This document shows positions 44,467 to 53,441 of a DNA stretch of 64,000 nt, one piece after another (within the stretch, counting starts at the first letter, position 1; each line of letters starts with the position of its first letter). The notes under the pieces were generated by a model. That model had not been told where the DNA came from. It was given only the letters and a program-made list of their open reading frames with translations, and ran no database searches. The stretch is from Bacteroidota bacterium (lineage in GTDB: Bacteria; Bacteroidota; Bacteroidia; Cytophagales; Cyclobacteriaceae). The stretch covers positions 112,893-176,892 of the forward strand of contig JAFDYT010000004.1 of assembly GCA_018266055.1 (NCBI GenBank), read 5' to 3'. The translations under genes and the position numbers were made by a program.

Positions 44467-44613
44467 AATTCAAAAATCAGGAAATTTTGGGCGGGACATT
44501 GAGAGCGTGATGTCCATGGCTCAGAAAATAACACCATTGCCTCGTGTAATGATCCGTGTAATAAGAAGCTCAACATGCTTTCATTCATCACGTCTTGAAG
44601 CATTGTATGAAAA

Positions 44614-45030
44614 CTAATTGGACTTGAACCCAGACCTGTCCGCTATCACGATCTGAATCGGCTCGATGTTCGATTCGGGCAACACATGTGTTTGTATGTC
44701 GGACGGTGGCAGTTCTTTCTTATCCGACGACGGCAATGTGAAGTTGATAGAGAGCCCATTAGACTTATCGCCATCTTTGCGTACAGACTTCGGTGAGACG
44801 TACTCGCCTAATGCAGAGAACGCTTGCAGGAACGCTTTGGGGTCGGACTGTTGCAGCTCCATCAAGGTGACGATGGCCATCTTCCAACCGACCTCGTCCA
44901 TCCACGCTTTGAAGACTTCTTTGCCCACGCCTTTCTTGGTCAGACCGATGGCCTGCCACTGGGTTTCGATGCGGGTTAAAGTTTCCTCAAGGGAAGGTGG
45001 CATTTTCTTTGAAAGAGCGTTCGAACTCAT
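44614..45030 (-). CDS. Hypothetical phage protein diverging from the replication module
   Basis: 138 aa with no recognisable motif. It faces the repeat-rich 350-bp spacer. Confidence 0.45.
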   Translation of the reverse strand: MSSNALSKKMPPSLEETLTRIETQWQAIGLTKKGVGKEVFKAWMDEVGWKMAIVTLMELQQSDPKAFLQAFSALGEYVSPKSVRKDGDKSNGLSINFTLPSSDKKELPPSDIQTHVLPESNIEPIQIVIADRSGFKSN

Positions 45031-45379
45031 GAGAGAAGCGATTATCTAAATTTCAATTATCTATTCGATTTCGAAATCGGAAACCAAATCACATCGTTGT
45101 GAACCGTGTAACATTGAAACATCAATAAACTGCCGCCGGAGACTTGCTATAGAGAATAGCTTAATCTATTATAATAATAATTTTTTCTATAGAGATCTCT
45201 AAGGTTAATATTATCTGTTACTGTATTACATCTGCCATCGAATCGGCCCGGCTAACGACGGCCGGTAATGATTTTACAAGCAGTGTAACATAGTGGCTCG
45301 AATTTTTTTGTTACGCGAACGCCGAAACTCGCCAGCGCATTCGCATATATAGGTTAACAAAAAACAAACCAACGATTAC

Positions 45380-47701
45380 ATGATTACAGTTTCCCAAATA
45401 GACAACGTCGTCTTTTTCAGCAAATACGCCAACGCCAAGGCCCCGGCGCCGGTTGGCAAAATTTCTTTAACAGATTTGAAAAACATTATGACGTCGGATC
45501 AAACCGTTTTAGATAAGGTGGCTCAATTGAGGCAGCTCAAATCGACCTTAGATTTATCGAGGCCGGACGACAAACGAAAGTACCAAGAGTTTAAATTATC
45601 CAACTTCGGCGGCTTCACGCCATCGGGCGAGTTCGAGTATCGCGACGAAAACGGGTTATCAGATTATTCAAAGATCGTCCACGTCGACTTGGACAACTTG
45701 CCGGGCAACCTTTTGATAAAGACCTTTGACGATGTTTGCAAACAGCGCGGAGTGTTCGCCAGCGTCGTCTTCGCTATGGTCTCGCCGGGCGGCGACGGTT
45801 TGAAAATATTTCACGCCGTATCGTCGCCGACGCAGCTGCCCGACGCGGTTCAGTTCCATTATCATTCCTACGACCGTTTGACATCTGATTATGTAAGCCA
45901 CGACCCAGCTCTTAAAAGCCACATCGACTTCGGCTGTCACGACATCTCAAGGCTGTGTTACTTCTCGCACGACGCGTCGTTTTTCTTATCTCAATCGTTC
46001 ACACCGGCCGACGTCGATTACGAAAGCTTTTTAAAGAAAAACGAAAGGCACAAACGCTTTCTGTCGTGCTACGAAATGTGGCACGTCGAACAGCCGGTCG
46101 AATTCGATGACGCGACGTCGGTGCTCGACGAGCTGTTGCATTATTTGACGGACAAAAAGCTTAGCATCACCAAGACCTACGACCAGTGGTATCGCGTGCT
46201 GTTTGCGTTGCGCGCCTCTTTGCCCGAGCAATCGGCCTACAGTTACGCGCGAAAGTTCAGCCAATTGGACCCCAACTTCAACGAGGCCGAGTTTGAGATC
46301 AAGATCAACAGCATGCGACGCAAGTTCAAGCGCGACGTATCTCCGACCATCGGGACCATCTTGCACTACGCCGCGCAGGTCGGCTTTCGCAGCAAATTGA
46401 AAAACCGCCTCGCCATCGCAGCGCGCTTCGATTCGGTGGTACACATGCTTTGCAAATACGACGTGACCATGCGCTATAACACTTTCACCAAGCGTTACGA
46501 ATTTCTTGAGGACGGCAAATACGTCGACTTCGACGATCGCCGTCTGGACTGGATTCACACCAATGTTCTGTCGCAGTCGATGAAACGTAACGACGTCAGC
46601 TCTTTTCTGCACGCGCGAGCTCCGAAGCACGACCCGGTCAAGGAGTTCGTGGCATCGATGCCGGCGTGGGACAACGTCGACCGGTTGCACTCTTTGATCG
46701 AGACGTTGAACCCGCGCAGTTACGTCGACCGCGAGTTCATGGCGAAGCTGTTCAAGCTGTGGTGCGTCAACTTTTTCAAACAGGCGTTGGACAACCAGGC
46801 CAACGAGTACATGGTCGTGTTGCAGGGCGCGCAGGGAGTCGGCAAGACCCGATGGGTGAAGAAGCTGTTCAAGGACTTCTTCGACCAGTATTACGAAATC
46901 TTCTTCACGACGAAGAACTTGGACCCGAAGAAGAAGGATGACCTTTTCATCTTGTCGGAAAAGTTGGTCGTCTTCAACGACGAGCTGGCCGAAGTTCTGC
47001 GCGACTATAATGACAGTGCCGCTTTGAAGTCGGCCTTATCGAACGAGTCGAACACTTTGCGGCAGGCTTACGGCCGCTACAACACCGACAACCGTCGCAC
47101 CGCCAGCATGCTGGGCGCCGTCAACGACGCACAGCTGATCAAGGACGACACCGGCGCGAGGAGGTTCTGGGTGATCGAGTGCGGCGACATCGATTACCAG
47201 CACAACGTCGACGTCAAACAGTTCTGGGCGCAGATGTATTCGATCTATTTGACAAAGGAAGAGCTTTACGTCGACAGCGCCGAGAACAAGACTTTAAGCG
47301 ACATCAACTCACGCTTCGACATCTCGACGCAGGAGGAGGACGTGATCCGCGAGCATCTGGTCGCCGACATGGAGACCGGTCAGCCGTTGACGCCATTGCA
47401 GGCTTACACGATCTTGTGCGAGGCTTACAAAGAGTACGGCTTGAAGATCAACTATCAAACCTTCTCACGGAAAATGAGCAAGGTCTTCGGCCCGACCAGC
47501 GACAACGACGTGAAGCGCCTTTCGCGTCGCGCGACCGGCAAGCCGACGTGGGTCTACTTTGTCTCGTGGGTCGACGGCGGCATGAAGGTCAACGCGCCCG
47601 TCGCCCGCACCGACGACATGCCTCGGCACGGAATCTTTCGCAACATCAAACAGATGACATCATCGGCTCTCGAAGAAAGCTTATTAAAACAGATCAAATA
47701 A
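45380..47701 (+). CDS. VirE-family primase-helicase (BT4734-like N-terminal domain plus P-loop NTPase)
   Basis: 773 aa. The N-terminus (VFFSKYANAKAP...IVHVDLDNL) is typical of VirE_N/BT4734-like domains of Bacteroidota mobile elements. Walker A is LQGAQGVGKTRW and Walker B is VVFNDEL. Confidence 0.75.
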   Translation: MITVSQIDNVVFFSKYANAKAPAPVGKISLTDLKNIMTSDQTVLDKVAQLRQLKSTLDLSRPDDKRKYQEFKLSNFGGFTPSGEFEYRDENGLSDYSKIVHVDLDNLPGNLLIKTFDDVCKQRGVFASVVFAMVSPGGDGLKIFHAVSSPTQLPDAVQFHYHSYDRLTSDYVSHDPALKSHIDFGCHDISRLCYFSHDASFFLSQSFTPADVDYESFLKKNERHKRFLSCYEMWHVEQPVEFDDATSVLDELLHYLTDKKLSITKTYDQWYRVLFALRASLPEQSAYSYARKFSQLDPNFNEAEFEIKINSMRRKFKRDVSPTIGTILHYAAQVGFRSKLKNRLAIAARFDSVVHMLCKYDVTMRYNTFTKRYEFLEDGKYVDFDDRRLDWIHTNVLSQSMKRNDVSSFLHARAPKHDPVKEFVASMPAWDNVDRLHSLIETLNPRSYVDREFMAKLFKLWCVNFFKQALDNQANEYMVVLQGAQGVGKTRWVKKLFKDFFDQYYEIFFTTKNLDPKKKDDLFILSEKLVVFNDELAEVLRDYNDSAALKSALSNESNTLRQAYGRYNTDNRRTASMLGAVNDAQLIKDDTGARRFWVIECGDIDYQHNVDVKQFWAQMYSIYLTKEELYVDSAENKTLSDINSRFDISTQEEDVIREHLVADMETGQPLTPLQAYTILCEAYKEYGLKINYQTFSRKMSKVFGPTSDNDVKRLSRRATGKPTWVYFVSWVDGGMKVNAPVARTDDMPRHGIFRNIKQMTSSALEESLLKQIK

Positions 47702-47706
47702 TTTTT

Positions 47707-48051
47707 ATGAAACTATTTTACAGCAACTACATCGACGGCAGACTGCATTTCTTTCTTCCGAACACAACCGGTGTCAAATCGGTTGCCAGACAGGCTAACG
47801 TCAAGCTAAGCAATTTGCGCAAGCAAAAGCGCTTCGCCGAAAAGGTGGTGATTTACATCAACGAGCGCGATCGCTTTTTCAACACCGCCATCGAGCCGTT
47901 GGATTATTGCATCAACTCCTGTAACGACTTGAACCACTTGAAGCGTCGTGACAGGCCCGAACCCTTGGAGCGTTTCGATTTGGTCGAGTTCACGCCGGCG
48001 CAGATGCCGACCGTCGAGCAGATAGAGAAAAGCATCAAGTTCGTCTTATGA
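47707..48051 (+). CDS. Hypothetical phage protein
   Basis: 114 aa from ATG 47707. The 5' two-thirds of track ORF 47179..48051 is an Arg-rich shadow of the primase gene. Confidence 0.5.
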   Translation: MKLFYSNYIDGRLHFFLPNTTGVKSVARQANVKLSNLRKQKRFAEKVVIYINERDRFFNTAIEPLDYCINSCNDLNHLKRRDRPEPLERFDLVEFTPAQMPTVEQIEKSIKFVL

Positions 48052-48178
48052 GAAAAATATATTTTAGCGATTGATTGCAACTATTTGAAATGGCTTGCTA
48101 AAAGGCATATAATCATTACGATATATAAATCTACCGGCGGACACAATCACCGGATACAAAATTTTCATAAACACAATT

Positions 48179-48826
48179 ATGAATCACTTAGACAAAAACG
48201 GGATCGACGTGGACGCGCTTTTCAGCGACGCGCCGGTTGTAAAAAAGAACTTCCCCGAGCCGATCTGGTGCGAGGGCAGCAACGGCAAGCCGGACAACGG
48301 CCGCTTCATCGTCACGATCAAGCTGAAGCCGACGCTGATCGAGCACGTCAAAGACGGCCGCATCTCCTTCACGGTGTTGAAGAGGAAAAAAGTCGGCGAG
48401 TTCGGCGCGACCCACGCAATCTGCGTCAACCAGAACGAGTGGCCCGAGGTCAAACAGGTCAATTCAATCTTCTTGACGATCGCCAAAGTTGAGAACGAGC
48501 ACGCGACCTCGTTCACGCTGACGACCGCACAGCTCAACAGCCTCGCGTACACGCCGAAGGGCGGCACCGGCAAATCGATCAAGCTCGAATTCGTCGACAA
48601 CGGCTTGCAAGTCGGAGTGTTCCGTTACTTGCAGGACACGCCGAAGGAGGCGACCGGGTTCAAAGCGGCGCAGAAGATTTTAAGCGTGCAAAATGCCGGC
48701 GGTTCGTATGAATCTTCGTTCGAAGATAAATTGGCCAACACGTTGAAAAATGTCGCGACGCTCACGGCACAAAATTCGGCGAACGTCGCCAACCAAGCGG
48801 TCGACGACTTTTTAAGCGGACTATAA
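48179..48826 (+). CDS. Hypothetical phage protein
   Basis: 215 aa with no recognisable motif. Confidence 0.5.
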   Translation: MNHLDKNGIDVDALFSDAPVVKKNFPEPIWCEGSNGKPDNGRFIVTIKLKPTLIEHVKDGRISFTVLKRKKVGEFGATHAICVNQNEWPEVKQVNSIFLTIAKVENEHATSFTLTTAQLNSLAYTPKGGTGKSIKLEFVDNGLQVGVFRYLQDTPKEATGFKAAQKILSVQNAGGSYESSFEDKLANTLKNVATLTAQNSANVANQAVDDFLSGL

Positions 48827-48829
48827 AAG

Positions 48830-49012
48830 ATGAAACCGAAACGAGGCAGGCCGTTTGTGGCGGAAAAAGACAAAGAGCAGACCAAACTGTTGTTGGTCGC
48901 GCTGAGCTTGGACCGTCACAGGGCGTTGAAAAAGTACAGCAAAGAGCATCGCATGACGATGCGCAAAGTGATACAGGCCGCCTTGGATTTATTTTTTAAG
49001 GGGAAATGCTGA
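48830..49012 (+). CDS. Ribbon-helix-helix (CopG/Arc-like) protein
   Basis: 60 aa. KLLLVALSLDRHRALKKYSKEHRMTMRKVIQAALDLFF. Confidence 0.55.
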   Translation: MKPKRGRPFVAEKDKEQTKLLLVALSLDRHRALKKYSKEHRMTMRKVIQAALDLFFKGKC

Positions 49013-49198
49013 CGCGGGAGACCCGCGTACGGACGATGTAGATGTTCATGTTAGATGCTTACGTCCTTTGAAACATCCCCACCTTATTAAAGGGACATGG
49101 TGCCGGCGGAGATCGCCGGACGAGCTTCTTTTGGTTTAGACAATTCCACGAGGTCAAAGCTTTTGAAACATCCCTTTCTTAAAAACTGATGAAGTGCA

Positions 49199-49435
49199 AT
49201 GATTGAAAAAAAGATAAAATTCAATAAACCGATGCCCGACGAAATTCTCGAAGAAATGTACCTATTGAATATCGTCAAAGCGGTTAGACGCGACGCGATC
49301 GACCCGCACGTGAAAGTTCATGTTAGCTCAAAGGATGAGCTTACTGATGTCGTGAAAATGATCAATGACATCATCAAAAAACACGGCGGCCTAAAACAAG
49401 GTTTGATGATTTACGATGATCAAAATAACTTTTGA
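49199..49435 (+). CDS. Hypothetical phage protein
   Basis: 78 aa ORF in a low-GC patch. Confidence 0.4.
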   Translation: MIEKKIKFNKPMPDEILEEMYLLNIVKAVRRDAIDPHVKVHVSSKDELTDVVKMINDIIKKHGGLKQGLMIYDDQNNF

Positions 49436-49766
49436 CGCCCCCATCGACCAAGCGTTCTGTAAACACTTGGCCGATCAGACGCATTACGCGACGATGCTCA
49501 AGGAGGGCAGCGTAATCTTTTTGACCGACTATTACGACGACCAAAGCTTCGCTTACTCGATACAACTATTGGTCGAAAGACAGTATAAGGTCTTAAAAGT
49601 AAATGACAAAGAATATGTACAACCAGATTTCGAAACAATCGACGACGACACAGAACAGCTTGCGGTCGAACATGATACGCGATCTACAACAACAGCTTCA
49701 ACAGTTGTTGTCACAGAACTCACTAAATCCAAAGGTGGTAGAAAAAATAGAAAACGTGCGCGCTGA
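49416..49766 (+). CDS. Hypothetical acidic phage protein
   Basis: 116 aa. The 3' part overlaps the alternative ORF 49603..49803, and I cannot tell which frame is real there. Confidence 0.35.
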   Translation: MIKITFDAPIDQAFCKHLADQTHYATMLKEGSVIFLTDYYDDQSFAYSIQLLVERQYKVLKVNDKEYVQPDFETIDDDTEQLAVEHDTRSTTTASTVVVTELTKSKGGRKNRKRAR

Positions 49767-49836
49767 TTTGTATTTCTGGACGCACGAGGAAATGCAACGC
49801 TAACCGACGTTTCGGTTTAAAAAACAAAATTTCTTT

Positions 49837-50103
49837 ATGATTACTTTATTAACAATTGTCATCGCATTGATCGCCGCCATTTTGGTGATTAAAAAATATG
49901 TGGGAAAAATTCCAGATCGGGTTGTCAAAACTGTCGCTTGCAAAGTATCTCGCATCGAAAACGACACGTTATTTTTAGATAGCCCGGTTGGAGTTTTAGA
50001 TTTTTTCATGAGCGAACGTTTAAAAACCTTCAATCTTGCGATCGGCGATGACGTCATCGTTGAACACTATGACAACGGATTAAAAAGTGTAAAGCGTGTA
50101 TGA
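49837..50103 (+). CDS. Hypothetical membrane-anchored phage protein
   Basis: 88 aa with an N-terminal TM helix MITLLTIVIALIAAILVI. Confidence 0.45.
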   Translation: MITLLTIVIALIAAILVIKKYVGKIPDRVVKTVACKVSRIENDTLFLDSPVGVLDFFMSERLKTFNLAIGDDVIVEHYDNGLKSVKRV

Positions 50104-50522
50104 AAGAAACGATGGGCAACAAAAGCAGGCCGAAGCAAGACAAGCAATTGTCGATCCACGTCACCGACTTTCAAAAGCTTTTGCAGATGCAACTGTGGCG
50201 CGAATACGACAGCGACGCCGAGATGATTCGCGAAAGCATTTCTATCGCGACGCAATATTTCAAAAGGCAAAAGGAGCGCGGGCCGATGCCGGAGTTCTAT
50301 GACGATTTCCACACAGTGGCCTTCAGGTCGGACGCCGAATGCGACGACAATTTGAAGTGGCTATTGGAGCACCGGCATTTCAAAAGCCCGCAGAAGGCCG
50401 TGAAGACGGCGATCCGCATGGCGTACCAGATTTTGGAAAAACGTTACGGTTATGTGCCGCTTGATAAGATGCCGAAGCCGAACCGCAAGAAGAAGGCCAG
50501 AAAAAATATAGAAGAAAAATGA
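50100..50522 (+). CDS. Hypothetical phage protein
   Basis: 140 aa. ATGA overlap with the upstream gene. Confidence 0.45.
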   Translation: MKETMGNKSRPKQDKQLSIHVTDFQKLLQMQLWREYDSDAEMIRESISIATQYFKRQKERGPMPEFYDDFHTVAFRSDAECDDNLKWLLEHRHFKSPQKAVKTAIRMAYQILEKRYGYVPLDKMPKPNRKKKARKNIEEK

Positions 50523-50641
50523 TCGAAGCACTTTTCACAAGCGTAATGCTGTTCACATTATCGAGCTTCAGCTTCATGTTTGGCATAATTTTCACATTGT
50601 TCGTGCAAGCGTTTATTAAAGGGAGGAAGAAACAATGTTAG
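50519..50641 (+). CDS. Unannotated 40-aa single-TM peptide
   Basis: Hand translation gives MIEALFTSVMLFTLSSFSFMFGIIFTLFVQAFIKGRKKQC. Its ATG overlaps the upstream TGA (ATGA at 50519-50522), and its stop at 50639-50641 overlaps the next ATG at 50635. It is below the track size cutoff. Confidence 0.45.
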   Translation: MIEALFTSVMLFTLSSFSFMFGIIFTLFVQAFIKGRKKQC

Positions 50642-50901
50642 TAACTGTTTACGTAGATTCGCTTATCCAAGCTGAAGCGTTGCGCAATTTTCAGCGAATA
50701 GATGTCAAACATGTTGGAGAAACCGCGTCAACATTTTACTCGGTTTCATATCAAAATGCGCCTCCCGATTTAACGGATTTCTTAAAAGACGAATTGATGC
50801 ATAACCCGCCGATTGAACTCGTATATCAAATTTCAAACACTGAGATGACTCTTTTGAAAGATTTGCAATTGGTTTATGGATTTGAAATTCAGGAACCGTA
50901 A
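50635..50901 (+). CDS. Hypothetical phage protein
   Basis: 88 aa ORF. Confidence 0.4.
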   Translation: MLVTVYVDSLIQAEALRNFQRIDVKHVGETASTFYSVSYQNAPPDLTDFLKDELMHNPPIELVYQISNTEMTLLKDLQLVYGFEIQEP

Positions 50902-50910
50902 AGCAAAGCG

Positions 50911-51174
50911 ATGTTGATATTAACGACTTCCAAAGCGGCCGAACATTTAAGGCTCGTCGGCAAAGACGTATCGGACAATTATGTGATGTCCGATGCCAAG
51001 AATCTTTCAGCCGGCTCTTTTGGCTCTTTTGAACATAAGGTTGAGCTGAAGCTTTTTGAAGTCGACACCGCTGACACAGACTTAGAAACATTGATCAATC
51101 TATCGATCGCGTTCAATTTCAAATTTGAAATTTATCGGAACAATAGGTTCTATCGTCCGTTCTATTCTCCATAG
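50911..51174 (+). CDS. Hypothetical phage protein
   Basis: 87 aa ORF, the last + strand gene. It converges with the tail module (13-nt overlap). Confidence 0.4.
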   Translation: MLILTTSKAAEHLRLVGKDVSDNYVMSDAKNLSAGSFGSFEHKVELKLFEVDTADTDLETLINLSIAFNFKFEIYRNNRFYRPFYSP

Positions 51175-51410
51175 AACAAATCCCTGAAATCCTTACGCAC
51201 TCTCGCTTCGGGAAAGTGATCGTACAAGTTGTCGGTGGCATTTGCTATGTACTCGCTATAAGAGATCGATTTGTCAAGGTTGTAAGCGAGGTAATCGCAA
51301 TAACGTATCACCTTTGACAGTTCGTTCTGCAACGCTTCGATCTGTAAGCTTTGCACTTCAGTCAGCTTCTCAAGCTTCTTGCACTTCAATTTCAGCATCT
51401 CGTATTCCAT
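51162..51410 (-). CDS. Small coiled-coil protein after the tail fibre gene (fibre-assembly chaperone position)
   Basis: 82 aa with heptad-like LKLKCKKLEKLTEVQSLQIEALQNEL. The call rests on position only. Confidence 0.4.
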   Translation of the reverse strand: MEYEMLKLKCKKLEKLTEVQSLQIEALQNELSKVIRYCDYLAYNLDKSISYSEYIANATDNLYDHFPEARVRKDFRDLFYGE

Positions 51411-51418
51411 AGCTTAGA

Positions 51419-52867
51419 TTAAGAGCCAGTCACAGGCGAAGGTGTGCGTCTAACCCATTGCACTTCGAAGCTCGGTTTCGAGAAGTACCAGTTGACCGAC
51501 GCCGAGTAGCCCGAGTACTGCGACGTGTTGTTGCCGTCGAAAGACGTCTTGTAATTGATGTTCGACCCGCTGGTCGGATAGTTCGTGTCGCAGAACGTGA
51601 ACGTGTGGCTGATCCTTGCGCCGTTCGAGTTGTGGTTGATCGACCTATAGGCGACCAACGTGGTGTTGTTGCGGTAAAGGTAAACGGTGTTGACGCCGTT
51701 GTTGTCGTTCTCCTGTACGATGAACGTTATCGTGATCTTCGGAAAGAAGTTCGGGTCGCCGCTGAAGGCCGTCGTGATGAAGCCGCCCGTGCCGTTCAAC
51801 GTGATGTCGTTGGCCGTGTTGGTGCTGCGCAGGTAATAGAAGCTGGCGCCGAGGTCGTGCGGGCAGTAGTTCATGTAACCGTTCAACGGCGTAATCTGTG
51901 CCGTCAAAACCGCGTCGGCCGCCGACCTTGTCGACGCCTCGAAGTTGATGTTGTTCTGCAAAGTCGTATCGGCCGAAGATCGCGCCGCCGATTCGGAGTT
52001 GATGCTGTTCTGCAAAGCGGTGTCGGCGTTGGTGCGGTTGGTCACCTCGGTCGTCACCTGGGACTGCAACGAGTCGGTAATCACGGTGCGGTTGGAAATC
52101 TCGTTGTTCAAGCCGGTGTTGATCGTCGCGTCGGCGTTGATGCGGTTTGTCGTCTCCGTGCTAAGCGCCGACGACACCGCCGACAACTGCCCGAACGTCG
52201 CCGCGTCCTGCGCCGACACTCCGTTCGACAGGTTGATGATGCCGTGACCCGTCATGCTTAAAGTGTTGCCCAACGTCGTGGCGCCGCTTACAGTCAATGT
52301 CCCGCCGCCGGTCAAGTTGACGTTGCCGTTGGCGTTGACGCTGAACGCGCCGCTGAATGTGTTGCTGTTCGTGAAGTTGTTGGCACCGCTGAAAGTCCCG
52401 TTGCCGGTGAAGGTCTTGTTGCCGCCGACGGTCTGCGTGCCCGTTACGAAGACCCAAGCCGACTGCGACTGCTGCCATGACCGGCCGCCGCCCGTTGTGA
52501 TCGTGACGTACTGGCCCGAACCCGGAATGGTATCGCCGCCGGTCGCGCCGTAGAACTGTCGCGTCGCTCTCGATACTCCGTCTTCGTACGGCAGATATTC
52601 CTGAAGCACTGGCGCCGCGCTGTATAAGTAGTACGGAAGCGAAACCCCCGTCACGCCGTTGAAGCTTAAGAAGTTGTCGTCGCAAAAGATCAGGCCGCTT
52701 GATATGTTATATAAGCCGCCGACGAACGAGACGTTGCAACCGTAGACGACCATCGCGCCGTTGTTGGTGAAGAGCCCCTTCATCGCGTTTTGGAATTCTG
52801 ACTGAAGCGTCAATAGGTCGTCGACCTTTCGTGGGCGTCCGCCGGTTTCCGCGTATAAGTTTAGCAT
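51419..52867 (-). CDS. Tail fibre protein
   Basis: 482 aa. Gly/Thr/Asn-rich beta repeats (GNKTFTGNGTFSGANNFTNSNTFSGAFSVNANGNVNLTGGGTLTVSG). A fibre-type repeat tract follows: ETTNRINADATINTGLNNEISNRT...NRTNADTALQNSINSESAARSSADTTLQNNINFEASTRSAADAVL. Confidence 0.75.
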   Translation of the reverse strand: MLNLYAETGGRPRKVDDLLTLQSEFQNAMKGLFTNNGAMVVYGCNVSFVGGLYNISSGLIFCDDNFLSFNGVTGVSLPYYLYSAAPVLQEYLPYEDGVSRATRQFYGATGGDTIPGSGQYVTITTGGGRSWQQSQSAWVFVTGTQTVGGNKTFTGNGTFSGANNFTNSNTFSGAFSVNANGNVNLTGGGTLTVSGATTLGNTLSMTGHGIINLSNGVSAQDAATFGQLSAVSSALSTETTNRINADATINTGLNNEISNRTVITDSLQSQVTTEVTNRTNADTALQNSINSESAARSSADTTLQNNINFEASTRSAADAVLTAQITPLNGYMNYCPHDLGASFYYLRSTNTANDITLNGTGGFITTAFSGDPNFFPKITITFIVQENDNNGVNTVYLYRNNTTLVAYRSINHNSNGARISHTFTFCDTNYPTSGSNINYKTSFDGNNTSQYSGYSASVNWYFSKPSFEVQWVRRTPSPVTGS

Positions 52868-52892
52868 TCTGTTTCTATATTTTTTTTATCTA

Positions 52893-53441
52893 TCAGTTGT
52901 ACAAGATGGTATATCGTCTGGCCGCCGCCTTGTACTTCTCGACGTACCCCTTCATCTGCGAATCTTGAGATGACAGGCTTGACGGCGCGATGATCTCGAA
53001 ATCGTACGACGTCCCGCTTGTGCCGTTAGTGCCGTGCAACAAATTGGGGTTCTCGCCGATGAAGTATAAAAAGCCTTCCGACGCAACGTGACCGGACGTC
53101 CCGGCGGTGCCGTGAGACACTTCGCCGATGAAGTAATCGAAATCGGCGACTTGGTTTTCGGAAATCAACCAGTCGACCTCATTGAAAAGTTGTTGGTTCA
53201 AAATGTAAATGCGGCGCAAAGTCGGGTCGAAGTTGTCGTTCAAGACGTTTTCAAGCGCAAACGTCTGCCCGTTATATGAGAGCTCGACCAACTTCTGCAA
53301 CCTGTACGCGTTGGCGTTGTCGATCGTGTATGTCAACGGGTCGAGCAAAGACTCTATCCAAGCCAAAGTACGCGGGGTGCGCAGCTTCGGTCGTATGTGT
53401 CGCGTTACGAACTTTTGGAAATCAATCGAATACTGCGTCAT
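52893..53441 (-). CDS. Baseplate/tail-fibre-proximal protein (P2 gpI-like position)
   Basis: 182 aa. ATGA overlap with the upstream gene. The call rests on position. Confidence 0.4.
   Translation of the reverse strand: MTQYSIDFQKFVTRHIRPKLRTPRTLAWIESLLDPLTYTIDNANAYRLQKLVELSYNGQTFALENVLNDNFDPTLRRIYILNQQLFNEVDWLISENQVADFDYFIGEVSHGTAGTSGHVASEGFLYFIGENPNLLHGTNGTSGTSYDFEIIAPSSLSSQDSQMKGYVEKYKAAARRYTILYN

Noticed and set aside
46031-46690. 219-aa ORF antisense to the primase-helicase gene
   Set aside because: Its composition is Arg/Val-rich and it lies wholly inside a gene with clear P-loop motifs.
47179-47706. 5' part of track ORF 47179..48051 (290 aa)
   Set aside because: It overlaps the primase-helicase gene out of frame and is Arg-rich. 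Only the last 114 codons, from ATG 47707 after the primase stop, look like a real gene.
49603-49803. 66-aa ORF overlapping the 3' end of 49416..49766 in another frame
   Set aside because: Both frames are open and the Gln/Leu-rich translation is plausible. I cannot tell which is real without conservation or expression data, so I did not list it as a feature. The 8-bp inverted repeat there (ACAACAAC...GTTGTTGT) is explained by CAA/TTG codon runs.
51458-52553. + strand ORFs inside the tail fibre gene (51458..52261, 51945..52247, 52254..52553), and similar ones in 55911..56489 and 61119..61511
   Set aside because: They are alternative-frame artefacts of GC-rich repetitive fibre genes, with Arg/Val/Pro-rich translations.
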